DNA from: Jimgerdemannia flammicorona
Lineage: Eukaryota
Direction of reading: 5' to 3'
Assembly (NCBI GenBank): GCA_003990765.1
Contig: RBNJ01000033.1
Coordinates: 1-49,121, forward strand
DNA: 49,121 nucleotides
Shown: in pieces, positions 1-12,888 of the stretch
How positions within the stretch are numbered: the first letter of the stretch is position 1
Layout of the letters: the number at the start of each line of letters is the position of its first letter
The notes under the pieces: model-generated
What the model saw: the letters and a program-made list of their open reading frames with translations, nothing else
What the model was told of the DNA's origin: nothing
Database searches by the model: none
Made by a program: the position numbers and the translations under genes

Positions 1-68
1 GTGGGGGAGGGTTTTGGCCTATATAGTCTAGGTTTCCTTCCATTATATATCTTTGGGACTATGATTCC

Positions 69-98
<30 letters not shown>
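1..98 (+). mobile_element. 3' end and poly(A) tail of a LINE-like retroelement (same family as 23870-25108 and 42558-42902)
   Basis: GGTTTTGGCCTATATAGTCTAGGTTTCCTTCC followed by an A-tract. Its reverse complement matches the sequence next to the T-tracts at ~23940-24005 and ~42581-42650. Confidence 0.75.
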
Positions 99-99
<1 letters not shown>

Positions 100-109
100 C
101 AAAAATTTT

Positions 110-150
<41 letters not shown>

Positions 151-329
151 CCAACTTCTGTATGCTAACTGTTAACATAACCCACCAATAAGGTTCTCAA
201 GGATATCCATCAAGAACTTCATTGGCTCTCTGCATATGTTCTGCAGATAACTTCACCTCTATAAAACAAGTTTTGATATATTTATAGACTCTATCAAAAC
301 TTGTAAGTAAGAACTCAGCATCCTCTGAT

Positions 330-1010
330 TATGCTTACAGATACAGACATACTTAATAATATGAATGCTATCTAATCAATAGTGCAGATCTTTGGACTCA
401 AAATCCAAATCAGCTTATAGATAAGGATATGAGTGAGACTACGCAAATCATATAGGCAGTCTCTCTGATATTGAAGAATCTCTTTTAGAAAAAGTATCAG
501 ATGAAATAGAGTGAGATTATCTTCAATTTAGCATAATCAGGAGGTTGAGTCTAGTGCACACTGGAGGTCTGGGCAGTAGATGGATGCAATCTTCTCTTTA
601 TGAAGTCACCTTGGTCAGGAGCTATAGTGTATGAGGTTAGCAGGGCACCTTACAAGAATGACCTAGAGCACTTCAGTGATGACAAAATCAAGATACAAAA
701 AGGCCTCAAGATATGCTTAACCTTGTGGCCAAGAGGGCTGCACATGGTAAAAGTGATATCTTCCAGAAATTGAGAGTTTTCAGAATTTAAGTCTTTGGTA
801 AGTTTTATTTAAAGAAATCATGAATTTCTTTTTGGGACTTCATTCTGATCAGATACTTCTTTAAATCTTCAGGCTGGAAAGCCTATATCTATTCAATGGA
901 TATTCCATATAAGTATCTTTATCATTTTGAGTAAGTCATGACTTTCCAGATCCTACAATCTTCTACAGATCTGCTATGGATGCCAGATACAATATATGTT
1001 CTTCTGTCCA
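330..1010 (+). pseudogene. Decayed gene, putative PD-(D/E)xK / Crinkler C-terminal-like nuclease-fold protein
   Basis: Broken translation GQ*MDAIF..IVYEVSRAPYKNDLEHFSDDKIKIQKGLK/DMLNLVAKRAAHGKSDIFQKLRVFRI*VFG, then a GTAAGT intron, then WKAYIYSMDIPYKYLYHFE*VMTFQI. Several stops and frameshifts. Family assignment is from recalled motif pattern only. Confidence 0.35.
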
Positions 1011-1614
1011 TGAAGGTAGGATGATTAATACTGACATAGAAGTAATTGAAGTAATTGTATTTGATCTAATATATAGTGTATTGATGTAGGTGTGGGTAAA
1101 CCAAGCATAGGAGAACCTGGAGAAGTTATTATGGTCATCAGTATACTTTTCACTTAAGGGAAATTGAATACTGCCTTCTTCGCCCATAAGATATATCTCC
1201 AAGACTTTGGACATACCACATAAATCCAAGAAGGTCAAGCACCCTGCACTTGTATAAAAGGGTTGTAGATTATATAGTATCAGTAGCATAGTGAATCAAA
1301 TTTCCATTTCTTAATTATATGTAGTTGAGACAAAGTGACTTTCTATTATGGATAGAAACTTGAGGTAGCATTAAATTGATATGTGACATTACAAGTTCAC
1401 TTTGTTTTGTATTTGGTAAAGTTATTGAGGTGATATAATATCCAGTTCTATATTAGATTTAGTATTGATTTTGGTAGTATCAGATTCAGCATTAATTTTA
1501 GTAATATTAGATTCAGTAATAGATTCAGTAGTATCAGATTCAATAATAGATTTTATATCCAAAGTAGATTGACTAAATATAAATAAAATTATTAAATTAA
1601 TAATATGTATACAG

Positions 1615-2092
1615 TAAATTATAAGCTACAAACTTTACATTTTTTTTTTTTTTTTTTTATACTAGCTGCAAGTGGCTGTAATAGTTACTAGCTATAAACT
1701 ACTAACAATAAGCTGCTATAAGTCACTGTACAAGCTACAAGCCATAAGCTACCACAAGCTGCAAATAAGCTGCAATAACTATAAGTTACAAGCTATAAGC
1801 AAGCCACAAGCTACAATAACTGTAAGCTATAAGCCACAAGCTGCAATAACTGTAAGCCACAAGCTGCAAGCAAGCCATAAGCCATAAGCCATAATAACTG
1901 TAAGCTGCAAGCCATAAGCAAACTACAAGCTGCAATAACTATAAGCTGTAAGTCACAAGCAAGCTGCAAGTCATAATACATAACTGTAAGCCATAAGCCA
2001 CAAGCTGCAAGCTATAATGCAAGTCATAAGCTGCAAGCTACAATAAGCTACTACTAGCTACTATGAGTTACTATAAGTATTATAAGCTATAA
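1615..2092. repeat. Degenerate minisatellite built from ~7-bp AAGC(T/C)(A/G)(C/T) units with ATAACTGT inserts
   Basis: Dozens of AAGCTAC/AAGCCAC/AAGCTGC/AAGCCAT units visible directly. The 1672-1887 ORF is a by-product of the array. Confidence 0.85.
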
Positions 2093-2698
2093 AATTCCTT
2101 ACCTATGTTCAGCTAGTATGTCATTTGTATTGTTATCAGAGTCTGCATTCTTCTCATCAAAAGAAATATATATAGATATAAGTTTTTGAAAGTCCTCAAT
2201 TAAGGATATAAGTTCTGGATGAGTTTTAGAGAAGATAGAAGCTAAAAAATCTTGTGACATATTGGTGGTATTTTTGAATATAGAATATAAATGAGATATA
2301 GTTGACAGAGCAAAGAAGTTGATAGTTTATAATGTATAGTATAATATATAGATATGTGACTGACTCAATATGCAGTCACTAGGAAATTAATGAAGCACTC
2401 CATAAAGCACCTTTTAATAAAATTTGCATATTGTGTCTCTGAAGTTAAATTTCTGAACATGTGACTAGACTCAGAGTAGTGATAAAAATCAACTTTGATT
2501 TTAATAGATTTTCTGTAATTTCTCGAAAACAGTCCAGGGGGCCATAAGGCACCTTTTGAAAAATTTCACGTCAAATGATCTAGCCTAGGCAACTCCTCAC
2601 TTATAAATAACAGACAGACATAATCCTGATCTCAGCCCGATTTATTTTTTGTCTACCCAGATATAATAGGTAACCTCTCTTAAAACCCCACTTATTAT

Positions 2699-5600
2699 CT
2701 AAGAATGAACTACACGCCGCCGCGCAATCGCTTTCGGTCGGTTGTCCGCAAACAACCACTTAGCCACAATCTCAATCAAGTACGATAACCCAAAGTCAAG
2801 GAGCATGCACCACGTCAGTTTCTGCTTGAACTGCATTGTATTATGATCGAAGGGTGAGAAAAGTCAGTTGGCTTGGACCAAGAGTCACTACCAAAAACAA
2901 GAAAATAATTTTCAATTGTACCCACCTCCTCGGGGAATTTGACCAGCTTGAGCTGCTCGTTCACCCCCGGGAAGAACTCCGTCGCGCCCGCGAGCGCAAT
3001 CGCACCCACACTCAAGAGACCCCAGTATAGCGTTTTGTTGTCCTGGATGCGCTCGCGGAATGGATAGCCCTGCGGAAAAAGGAAGAGTGTAATTCAAATA
3101 TACTTGATCAAACGAAGAGACTGAAGTATTTAAATGAATAATGTACCTGGTAGTTGATGGCGAAAGTAGAAACTTGCATGCCCAATTGAATCAGATACAC
3201 AGCGCTGTTAAGTAATGATGGTTCGAATTCGCGCTCGAGATCAACTGACTTTGGCCTACAAAATTCATAAATGCAAGTTCAATAATAGAGATTTAGTCAA
3301 CCATCCATCGAGAAAAAAAAAAAAAAATCTATCCCATCAAACGCAACTATACTCACGGCTCCCAGACTTTGGCCAACGAGTTGATGTAGACCAGCGCGAC
3401 GATATGGACCGTGAACTGGCCCATGACCGAGACGATGATGTACGGGTTGAAGATGTTGGTCTGTGGGCGCTCCTTGGACAATTTCTCAAGAGGCTGTTGG
3501 AATGGGTGGTGGCATTATTAGTTGGATTGCTTAAAGCAATGTAAACCGATACGCTACATCAAAGGTATACCCCCACCTCATTCAAAACAAAGTATACCAA
3601 CCTTGGCCCTCGAGATGCACAGGAAGCACACGGCCATGAGCATGCCCGAGATGGTCGCCTGCAGATCGCCAAACTTGATACCGTCCAGGTACAGAACAGA
3701 GAGCGAGTAGGCCGAGATGAGGCAGTTAAGCGCAAGAATCTTGTACATCTGGATCGTGGCAACGAGCGTGCAGCGGCCCTGTCGGATGATGTTGTTGACT
3801 GCGAGTGATGGTTGGGAAGAAAAGTCAAGTTACAAATCAGAGCAGTGAAGGCAGCATTGAGCGTCAAAAACGTGGGGTACTCACTGGCGACGACATTGCT
3901 GAGCTTGGAAGTGAATGGCGCGGCGACGGAGGCGTCGCCAAACTTGATAGTTGGGGGTTCTTCCATGTCCATGTCTTCCATGAGCTTGGAGGTCATACTC
4001 TCCATCTGTCATGATAAAAATCAATATCGAAGCAATGTCAGCACTCAGATACGGCTCAACAATATTCCATCGGGGTCTCAACCTAATGAATTAACCGAGC
4101 CCTTCTCCTCCAGCCGAATTCCCTACCTGCTGCTGAGCTTGGAATTTCTTCGACTGCTGTGGGGTCATGTTCTGCTGTGCGAGCCTGGCCTGTTCTATCT
4201 GGGCGGCGGCATCAGGGTACAGGTGAGCGATGGCGGGCGGGGGCGGGGGCACGGGCATGTTGAACCTGGCTGACACCTTCTTCTGGTTCTCGTACATGTC
4301 CTTGAGCCGGTCGATTCGCTGCCGCTCCGCGATCTTTTTCAAGTCCTCGATTGTCCCGTCCAGGAGCGCCACACCGATGTGTGCCTGCTTCAGCGCACCA
4401 ACGTCGTTCGTGCCGTCGCCGGCCATCAGCGTCGTGTAACCATAGTTCTTGAACGAGGTCAGAATGAATTCCTGAAGGTAGAAATGAAGCCAAGGTACGT
4501 GAGTGAGATTCAATCAAATCTTGCTGGTCAAGCATGGGAAAGTATATAGGATCAGAAAGTATGAGCGTGCTCAATTGGGTACCTTTTGTGAAGGTGACAC
4601 GCGGGCATAAACCCATGTATGCTCCAACACATCCCTCCATGATGATTTATCCATAAACTGGTTCATTGCCGGGCCGGTCAAACAGATATCGTACTCTTCC
4701 AAGATCTTGGTATCAACGGGTTTTGCCGGGTCCACAGCGATCTGTATCTTCTCGTCGATCGACTTGAACACTAGATCATCCTCGCCCGTGCCATCTTCGC
4801 GAACGTCCAAGATGAGCACGTCGCGATCCACGATCTCGACCTCGCGAGCGACGTGGCAGGCTGTCAGGGCGTTGTCGCCGGTGATCATGATGCAGCGATG
4901 GGAAGACTCGTTGAGCTGGCGGAGAGACTCCTTGGAATCCTCCTTGAGCGGGCAGGTGAAGACGAGGAAGCCGGCGAAGATGAGGTCGGACTCAACGGAT
5001 TCGCGCGTCAAGTTGTTGATCTGGTCACTGCTAAGGCCGTCCTTGAGGAACTTGTAGCCGAGGGCCAGCACGCGTGAGCCGCGCCGTGTGAAGAACTTGT
5101 ATGTCTCCTCGTAATTGTCGGGGACGTGCGTGTACATCTTGCGGAGCGTCTCGGGCGCACCCTTGACGGAGACGAAGGTCTTGGCATTCGAGAAGTCGTA
5201 GTGGTTGAGGTACGAGACGGAGGCTTGGCGTTTCAGGGCAGACGAGAATTGGAAGCGGCGACGAATCTGAAGGTTCTGGCGATGTCCCTTCTCGTTTTCC
5301 TTTGGTGAAACGATGTCGCCCTTGTTCAGCTTCCATTGGATGGCCTCCAGCGTCACCTTTTCCATCGGATCACCAACAATGCCGTCCTCGAGAAGCACGA
5401 GCGCGTGTGCCGAAGACAGAACCCAGGTTGTTTCGCGCGGTGTCTCGGTGGTGGCCCTCAATTGCATTAACCCATCTTTGGCGATGCCGGCCACGCCCTC
5501 GACGACGAGATCTTCGCCAGTCAAGGTGCCAGTTTTGTCAAAGCAGCAAACGTCAACCTTGCCAGCGAAGGGAATGCGGAAGGGTTCGGTACAGTAGATG

Positions 5601-8083
5601 GCTGGTTCCATGAAATGATTCAATAAATATGATGTGAATGTGCAAAGCCGGTCAAGGGTGTCAAAATTTCTATTAAACAAGCAAACTCACCGAATCGAGA
5701 GAGAGCAACCAAGCTAGTATTAACCGCCAAACTCAATTCCATCGGCAACTCCGGTGGCACGACGGATGTGATGATCAAGATACAATCCAACAGCAACTTG
5801 GAGCGCTTCCGATCGTTCTTGACGCCCTCTATCCAGACGTACCGCGAGGCAGCAATGGCGAAGCAGAGCAAGAACAGGATGAAGAGCAGGGCCTCAAAGT
5901 TGTTAGCCGTCACACGCTCGGTTGAATACACCATCGTGCGCACTAGCTTGCCCTGAGATGTGCCGAAACCGGTACGGACGACCTGGCAGAGGCAGCCGCC
6001 GTCAGGAGCTGGGGTGATTTGGACGGCGGTGTGTATAAAGTCAGCACGATGTACGGCGGTATTTGGTATATGTATCCATAACTCTTTGAGATTCCAACAC
6101 ATTTCCTATTCATACATTTGTGGCCACTGCTTACCATGCAACCTGCCCTCTGACGGAGGAGTCACCTGCAGCACTTTAGTACCGCCGTATAACACGTTAA
6201 GCTTATCGGCCCCAGTCAGATCGAGTTCGTCGTCAGGATTGCGCAGGGACACGGATTCCTACAAGCGATTTTTCAACCAGAGGCAGAGAGGTGTTGTGAG
6301 CACGAATCTCAAGAACGGCTTGCAAAGGGCATAAGGATGGTCCGCCCTTAAAATCCAGAGTTCGCCATCAGGAATTGTCCGAAAGTGCATACCTTCAAGA
6401 GCGGAGTTGACTCGCCCGACAACATAGCCTCATTGACAATGCAAGAGCCGTCGACAATGACCATATCGCAGGGCACGGAGGATTCATCCTTGGAGCGAAC
6501 TAAGTGGAAAAAGAAGCATGAGCGACAAGCAGCCGACAACACGAGTTAATCTAGGACTGACAACTCACCAACGGAGCACAAGTCACCGGGGAGGAGTTCG
6601 TCAGACTGGACTGTGATCCACTTCTTGTTGCGACGGACGTAGACGGGGTAGGGCTTCTGAGCCATGGTGCGGAATTCACCGATAGTTTTGATACGCTATT
6701 AAATTATAAAGCAAACCCGCATATAAGGTAACGTGCCAATATACTTGGCCCCGACAGTACACATATGGCAAGAACTCTCCCATACCGACCAGACACATAC
6801 CTGGAACACAACGGTGCACTCGAACACGATGAGCATGAACAGGGTGAAGAGTGAGTAGTACCAGTACTCGTCGAGACACCAAAGACCGACGCAGAAGATC
6901 TGGAAGACGAAGAAAGGGGCTACGGCGTGCTCCTTGAAGAGCTCCATGAAGCTTGGCATCGGGATCTCAAAGCTGACAGAGAGAAGAAATCGATGGAGAG
7001 GTAGGTTAGACATCAGATGTGCCAACATGGAAGTTCGCGTTCCAATAACGCATGGTGTCCAGATTGAGAACATACCGATTCAAGCCATACTTCTCCGTCA
7101 CATATGCAACATCATTTTCAGTCTCGAGACCGCGGGCGTTCTGGTAGGTGGAAAGAGGAGGATGGAAGTCCGAAGGGAAGCGCGTCTTCACGAACACTTT
7201 CTTGTCCTCGTCCCAGGTATACTTTTTCTTCTGGAAGTGGAATGAGGTCTCGCCAGATTTGAGAAGGGTGGTGGGCTAGAGGAGTTTGGATAGACGGGGA
7301 ATGGAAAGGTTGTTAAATTCTGACGAGCGGCGACCAGAAGAACAAAGTTTCATATGGAAATTGAAATGTGCGCGTATTGCATTTATGCCCTAGGATTGGA
7401 AACTAGGAAGAATGCACATTTCTCAATTGCGAAATGGTTTCATTTCACACACAAGGTCGACAGTTTGTTCCCTTTGTTCCTTGTGCCGTATACTAAAATA
7501 ACTCATAATCAAACACATACTTTACTGTGATGTATTTCGCATAGGGTGCCAACACCTTTATGACTCGCGGGAACGATCTTGATAATCGAGGCGACGGCGG
7601 GGTCGGTTTCCTTCAGAAAAAAAAAAAGAACCTATCAGGTTGGATCGTTTCGGACGACAAGGTTTACGGTTGCGTGCCACGCCAATCCATTCTTCGTTTT
7701 CCCGGGTCAGCCAATGCCCAACACCATACAGTACCTTTATACACGTAAAAGCAGCATTGACGGAGACGCTCCATTGGCATGCGAGGAAGGACAGGGCGTG
7801 GGAGGTGCAGATGAAGCCTAGGGTGACGAAGGTCCATTCCTCTGATCCAAGGTAGGTCTCATACTTGAAGAAGTAGACATACAACCAGATAGGGTAGAGA
7901 ACGGCGAAGGGCCAGATGTAGGTGCGCCATTTGAAAGGAAGCGGGTTATGAAGCGAGGCTGAAACGATGGACTTGGACTGCACCAGAGTCTGGGGCCTGG
8001 AGTTGTACGGTGAGCTAGAGGGTTAATTTTAAAATCTCGAGTGCACAGTTTAGTCTGCCCGTAGACAGTTGAATAACATACAT
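2699..8083 (-). CDS. SPF1: P5A-type ATPase (ER transmembrane-helix dislocase, Spf1/ATP13A1), multi-exon
   Basis: Motifs [85 protein letters not shown] split as AT(8083-8082)|intron|G(7996). Last exon ends ...ARRRVVHS* at 2699. Confidence 0.96.
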
Positions 8084-8206
8084 TTTTTATTTTTTTTTTC
8101 CGTTTGCCCAGGCAAGATTCTTGTGGGGGAGGAGTTCTGGTGGAGTTGTCGGAAGTCGTAGGGTGTCGGAGGTCCAAGCAAGAAAGACTTAACCCAATCC
8201 ACGAAT

Positions 8207-8214
8207 CCACGTCA
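8207..8214 (-). promoter_or_regulatory. Candidate UPR element TGACGTGG about 125 bp upstream of the SPF1 start
   Basis: Exact match to the XBP1/ATF6-type UPRE core, with CCAAT at 8194-8198 and a CACGTG nearby. Motif is short and could be chance. Confidence 0.25.
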
Positions 8215-9514
8215 CCTTCGTAACATTTTGGACTCACGTGGCACACATTTGGCAAACATTATCGCCACCATTTTGCGTAGCTAATACTATACAATAGCCA
8301 GGGCCGCATCAACCATAGCCCGATGGAAGATCCTCCGAGCAATTGTCATCAGGCTGTAAGGCCGTTACAATTACTCAATCCTTTTGTAAGGGCTGAACTC
8401 TAAGTAATTCTTAGTGCTTTGGAAGAATTGACTAAAGCTCATTAAAATAAAAGGTATTTATACATTGTTTCAAAAGCTATTTAGTGGCAAGAGTATGTGG
8501 ATCAGCAGTGTTGTTATTACAGGGCATGAGAGATTGCAATGCCAAACAACGGATCACGTGTACACGTTTCACGTGATGGGTGCAGAGAACATCACATCCA
8601 TCTTTCTCCCCCACGGTCAGCTCACGCATGTTTGCGAAGAGGCGGTCGGTGACGGTGCTGTGTCGTAGAGATAGAAATCGGCAATTGAGACAGTAGAGCC
8701 CTCTGATTCATGCGTACATATTAAATATCATATTCATGTAAAGTTCTGCGTCGCGGTCTTCTGGTACGCGAAGCTCGATAGTATTACAAATGACCACATA
8801 CATTTGATGGAATTTGTCTCATGAACTTTTATAACTATTGTTTCACGCTCGTCTTGTTTCGAAAAGGCTAAATCTCACTGAAACAATGAATTAAATTCTT
8901 GTCTACCCAATCTCGCATGCAGATTGTCACGTCGGATCGTCTTATCGATCGTGAAAAGGTAGTACACGAGCAGGAAGGCGCGTACGGTCCATCACCATCA
9001 TTTTGCGGTCCATATCATCGCTTGCTGGTGTAGGGACTGGCAAATAGACTCGCAGGAATCCCGCGTCCGCCGTCGAGGTCAGGAGGGGGGCGTGGATCTC
9101 GGGTTGAGGGCTGGGCCGACTTGGGATGCTGCCGGATAATCCTGGCACAAGTGCGCTGCTAGATTGGAGGGCAGCTAGCGGTTCGGCGAGCTGTGACAAA
9201 TGTTAGGAAGATAGGCTGGGTGCGGTAGGAGGCAGAGCTCAGGTGGAAAATAAGAGAATCGGACGAAAGAGGAAGCCTTCCACACATCGCTTCAAGTGAC
9301 CCTACACCTTTGCACCACAAGACAGATCGAGCTTCTCGTGTCCATCTTCCCGCAGAACACTTGGTAGTCTGGCGCATCACCAGTCATTGTCTCTGCCAGA
9401 GTTAGTTTTCGGGGAGGGGGTTGAGTAGGATGCAAATAAATCACTAACATCGATACCAGAAGAAAACATCACTTTCCTTAAACAATCAACCTGGCCCGTT
9501 CTGTTCTGAAGGCG

Positions 9515-9707
9515 GGAGGGCACAAAAACCACGACGTCCTGGGAGCAAGTTTGTTCTTGTCCAGTGACGCCCCAACCAACGCATGGGCAACAAAACCTTG
9601 CCATCTCTAAGAGGAGGCGCGTGGTGGAGGGCACAAAACCACATCCTGGGAGCAAGTTTGTTCTTGTCCAGTGACGCCCCAACCAACGCATGGGCACAAA
9701 AACCTTG
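9515..9707. repeat. Imperfect ~85-bp direct duplication (9515-9600 and 9626-9707)
   Basis: Both copies read GGAGGGCACAAAA..CCTGGGAGCAAGTTTGTTCTTGTCCAGTGACGCCCCAACCAACGCATGGGCA..AAAACCTTG. Confidence 0.9.
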
Positions 9708-10462
9708 AAGAATTTTGCTGCATAACAAAGAGATTCTGACGTCACGTGTCATACCATGGTGCCAAACCCCCCCCAGCATATTGTACGCTACATTGACTAC
9801 TTTATAGACACTCCCCCGATTCATGGGATTTCGCACATTTCCGTGATTCCTCCACTCTCAGCGAGCAACCATCAACGAACTTTGGATCAATTTCTCGCAA
9901 AATGTTGATTTTGAATGTTGAAAAGGACACGAGACCGGAGGTAGGTCAACATCTTTTAATTGTTGACAGCGACGAATTGCATACTGTGCCACAAAATACG
10001 CTAGAACGAACGGGGAGTAACCAACGGGGAATGAGCAAGCCAACCAAAAGGAGCGAATGACCGAATTGAACCAACGGGAAGCAAGCAATGATATATATAA
10101 TCTAATGAAATAAACTCGCTCATTTCTTTCGTTTCAAGACCAGGACCTGGTTGCGTGGATGAAAATTGCGTTGCTACGATGGTGACTTGTGTTTGAACAT
10201 GTGCGTAGTAGTGGTGCCTTTTGTTTATATATTTACCTTAGTGTGTATATATATATAGCAAAGGCCAAATTTTCAATAGAAACCGGGAGTTTGAAAGGCA
10301 CGGGTTATTGAGGGATGCACAGGTTTCTTTGACACGAAATGCCAAAATTAACGTGGCGACGATTGGCGGAAAATGGAATATCAACCCTTCTTTTGGCCCT
10401 AGATCATCTGGTCCTTTTTTCGAACCCCTCCTCCCTCTTTTCCCTCCCGAACCACCCCCACC

Positions 10463-12395
10463 ATGGCCAACCTGGAGAAAGACGAAGATGCCAAGGCCTT
10501 CCTCCCCCCGCCCGTGAATTCTAGGCAGGCCCCAAAAAGTCACCCCATCCACGTCATTGGCGCCGTGGTCCTCTTCTATTTTGTAATCTCCCTCTCCGTT
10601 GTCTTCCTCAACAAGTTCATCCTTTCCACCTCCGAGTACAAATTTCCGTACCCGCTGTTTGTCACGTGGTTCCAACTCGTCGTCGCGCTGATCGTGTTGC
10701 TTGTGTGGAGCCATCTGGGCAAGACGTACGTAGAAAAGTGTTTTGTTAGGTGTTCACATGGAATCGCTAGTCGTTGGAGATGTGCGAAATGGCGAGGGCG
10801 TGAGTGGGCGATGACAAAGCATGGAGAGCGGTTGGGAGGGTGGGAAGGAAATACACAACGCGACACTTTACGCAATTGGAAAATGGCGGCGGAACGAGAG
10901 AGCTCTGGATCGTGAAAGTGACACACACCGCCAAAATATTACCCTGTACTGATCCTTCATAATCACTCATTTGATATCTTGACCAATAGCAACAAATCTT
11001 TTGCGCTGATTCCGCCCTACGAATTCAATCTTGAAATCGCTCGCAAGGTGGCCCCATTGACCTTCATGTACGTCATGATGCTTGCGCTCAATAACCTGTG
11101 CTTGCAATACGTCGAGGTCACATTCTACCAGGTGAGCTGAATGCATCGGAATGGAAACTCGGTGAATATGGGAGATCATGAGGGGCTAGTGATTCATTGA
11201 GCGAAAGGACATTATGATTTCTAAGGCGATTTTTTTTTACTTTATTTTTTGCACAATTCCCCAGGTTGCCCGCTCTCTTTCGATCGTCTTCAACATCATC
11301 TTCACATTCACTATCCTGGGCCAGTCGACCTCGGCGCCCGCGATCATGGCATGCGTGATCGTCTTCTTGGGTTTTGCAATCGGCTCTTACGGCGAGATCA
11401 ACTTCTCGTGGGAGGGCGTCCTTTATGGTGTGGGATCATCGGCCTTTGTGGCCCTCTACGGCATCTACGTCAAGAAGACCCTGAGCGTCGTCGAAAACAA
11501 CCAATGGTTCGTAAAAGTCGGCGAGGGGAACAGGGGGTTGAGAACCCAGAGGGGTTCCTCTCTGGGGCCGGCGTCGTTCTGGTGCGGATAGAGTCGTTTC
11601 AGACTGATGGGATGGGAAGGGGGATGTTTGACCCGGGGATAGAAGGGAGGCAGACGGGGGGCAATGACGTTTAGCTGGCAATTTGACTGGATTTCGTATG
11701 GATTCTGGATTGTGGATTTTCCGCCGGCCATCGCTTATTTGACCATCTTTCATCTCGCTTTGCACCTGTCACCCTGTTTACTCTATTTCATATAGGCGCC
11801 TGCTTCACTACAACACAACACTCTCTATTCTTTTCCTCGCTCCCCTTGTCTTCTTCTCCGGCGAGCTCTCAGATATTGCAGCTTACGTTTACTTCCTCGA
11901 CGAGTTCCCCTTCTGGTTCCTGATGGTATAGTCTCGATCTAATCCGTTTATGAATCAATCAATTCATTTTTATGTACGAAATATTTATGTTTCTCATCTT
12001 CCATTCTCACGTCCGAATCAACTCTATTCGTAGACCATTACCGGTGTCAGCGGCTTCGCCGTCAACATCGCCATGTTTTTGCAGATCAAGTACACTTCCG
12101 CCCTGACCAACACCATCTCCGGTACTGCCAAAGCCTGCGTGCAGACCGTACTCGCCGCTATGATCTTCCAAAACCCGATTTCAGTGATGGTGAGTATCCT
12201 GTGAAGCAATCATCGAGTCTGTCATTCTGTGCACATCTGCTTGATTCGAAGCGGATCCTTGTCGGTTCATGATTTATTCTAATTGTTTATTTCATTATTT
12301 GTCGTGTTTCGCAGAACGCTACCGGCATCTTGCTCGCTCTCTTTGGCTCTGGTTACTATAGCTGGATCCGCTACAAGGAGATGGTCAGCAAGTAA
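10463..12395 (+). CDS. Nucleotide-sugar transporter, GDP-fucose transporter-like (SLC35C1/TPT family), multi-exon
   Basis: YFVISLSVVFLNK, PLFVTWFQ, NNLCLQYVEVTFYQVARSL, LLHYN, QIKYTSALTNTISGTAKACVQT. GT-AG introns. Ends WIRYKEMVSK* at 12395. Confidence 0.88.
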
Positions 12396-12411
12396 ATTCA
12401 TGGGAGTGAGA

Positions 12412-12412
<1 letters not shown>

Positions 12413-12494
<82 letters not shown>
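12413..12494. repeat. ~80-nt poly(A) tract
   Basis: Directly visible, one G interruption, about 18 nt after the transporter stop codon. Confidence 0.9.
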
Positions 12495-12497
<3 letters not shown>

Positions 12498-12888
12498 TTG
12501 GCAGTGATCTAGTATGACGATTGCTCAGTAGCCTGTGTTCGGGACCAGGACAGAACTAGCTGCGATTTTGGAGTTCTTTCTTTCTTTGCTTCCTTATCAT
12601 TCTTTTTAAAAAATTACGGTAATACCATTCATAGATTTGTGCCCTCGAGATCAGTGTGTTTGTTACGTTCACCTCGCTTCCCTCTGCTTGTGAAACTGTG
12701 CTCGTGATGATCCTCACGAGAGGCCAGATTGGATCTCAGCTTTTTCATGTAAATATTTGTTTATAAGGGGAGGGGGGGAAGGAAAGTAAAATTCACAAAG
12801 TAATTATGTAAATTGTTGGTATGTCACGTGTGGGTGGCTTGAGATTTATCGATTGGACGATGAGCAGTCACATTATTCATCTTCAACG

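Noticed and set aside
1615-2092. Telomere-like repeat
   Set aside because: Units are heterogeneous, do not match TTAGGG-type repeats, and are internal.
8194-8211. ERSE element CCAAT-N9-CCACG
   Set aside because: The spacer here is 8 nt, not 9.
12283-12507. Poly-Lys ORF, or a retrocopy implied by the poly(A) after the transporter
   Set aside because: The gene retains its introns, no TSD is visible, and long homopolymers are common across this window.
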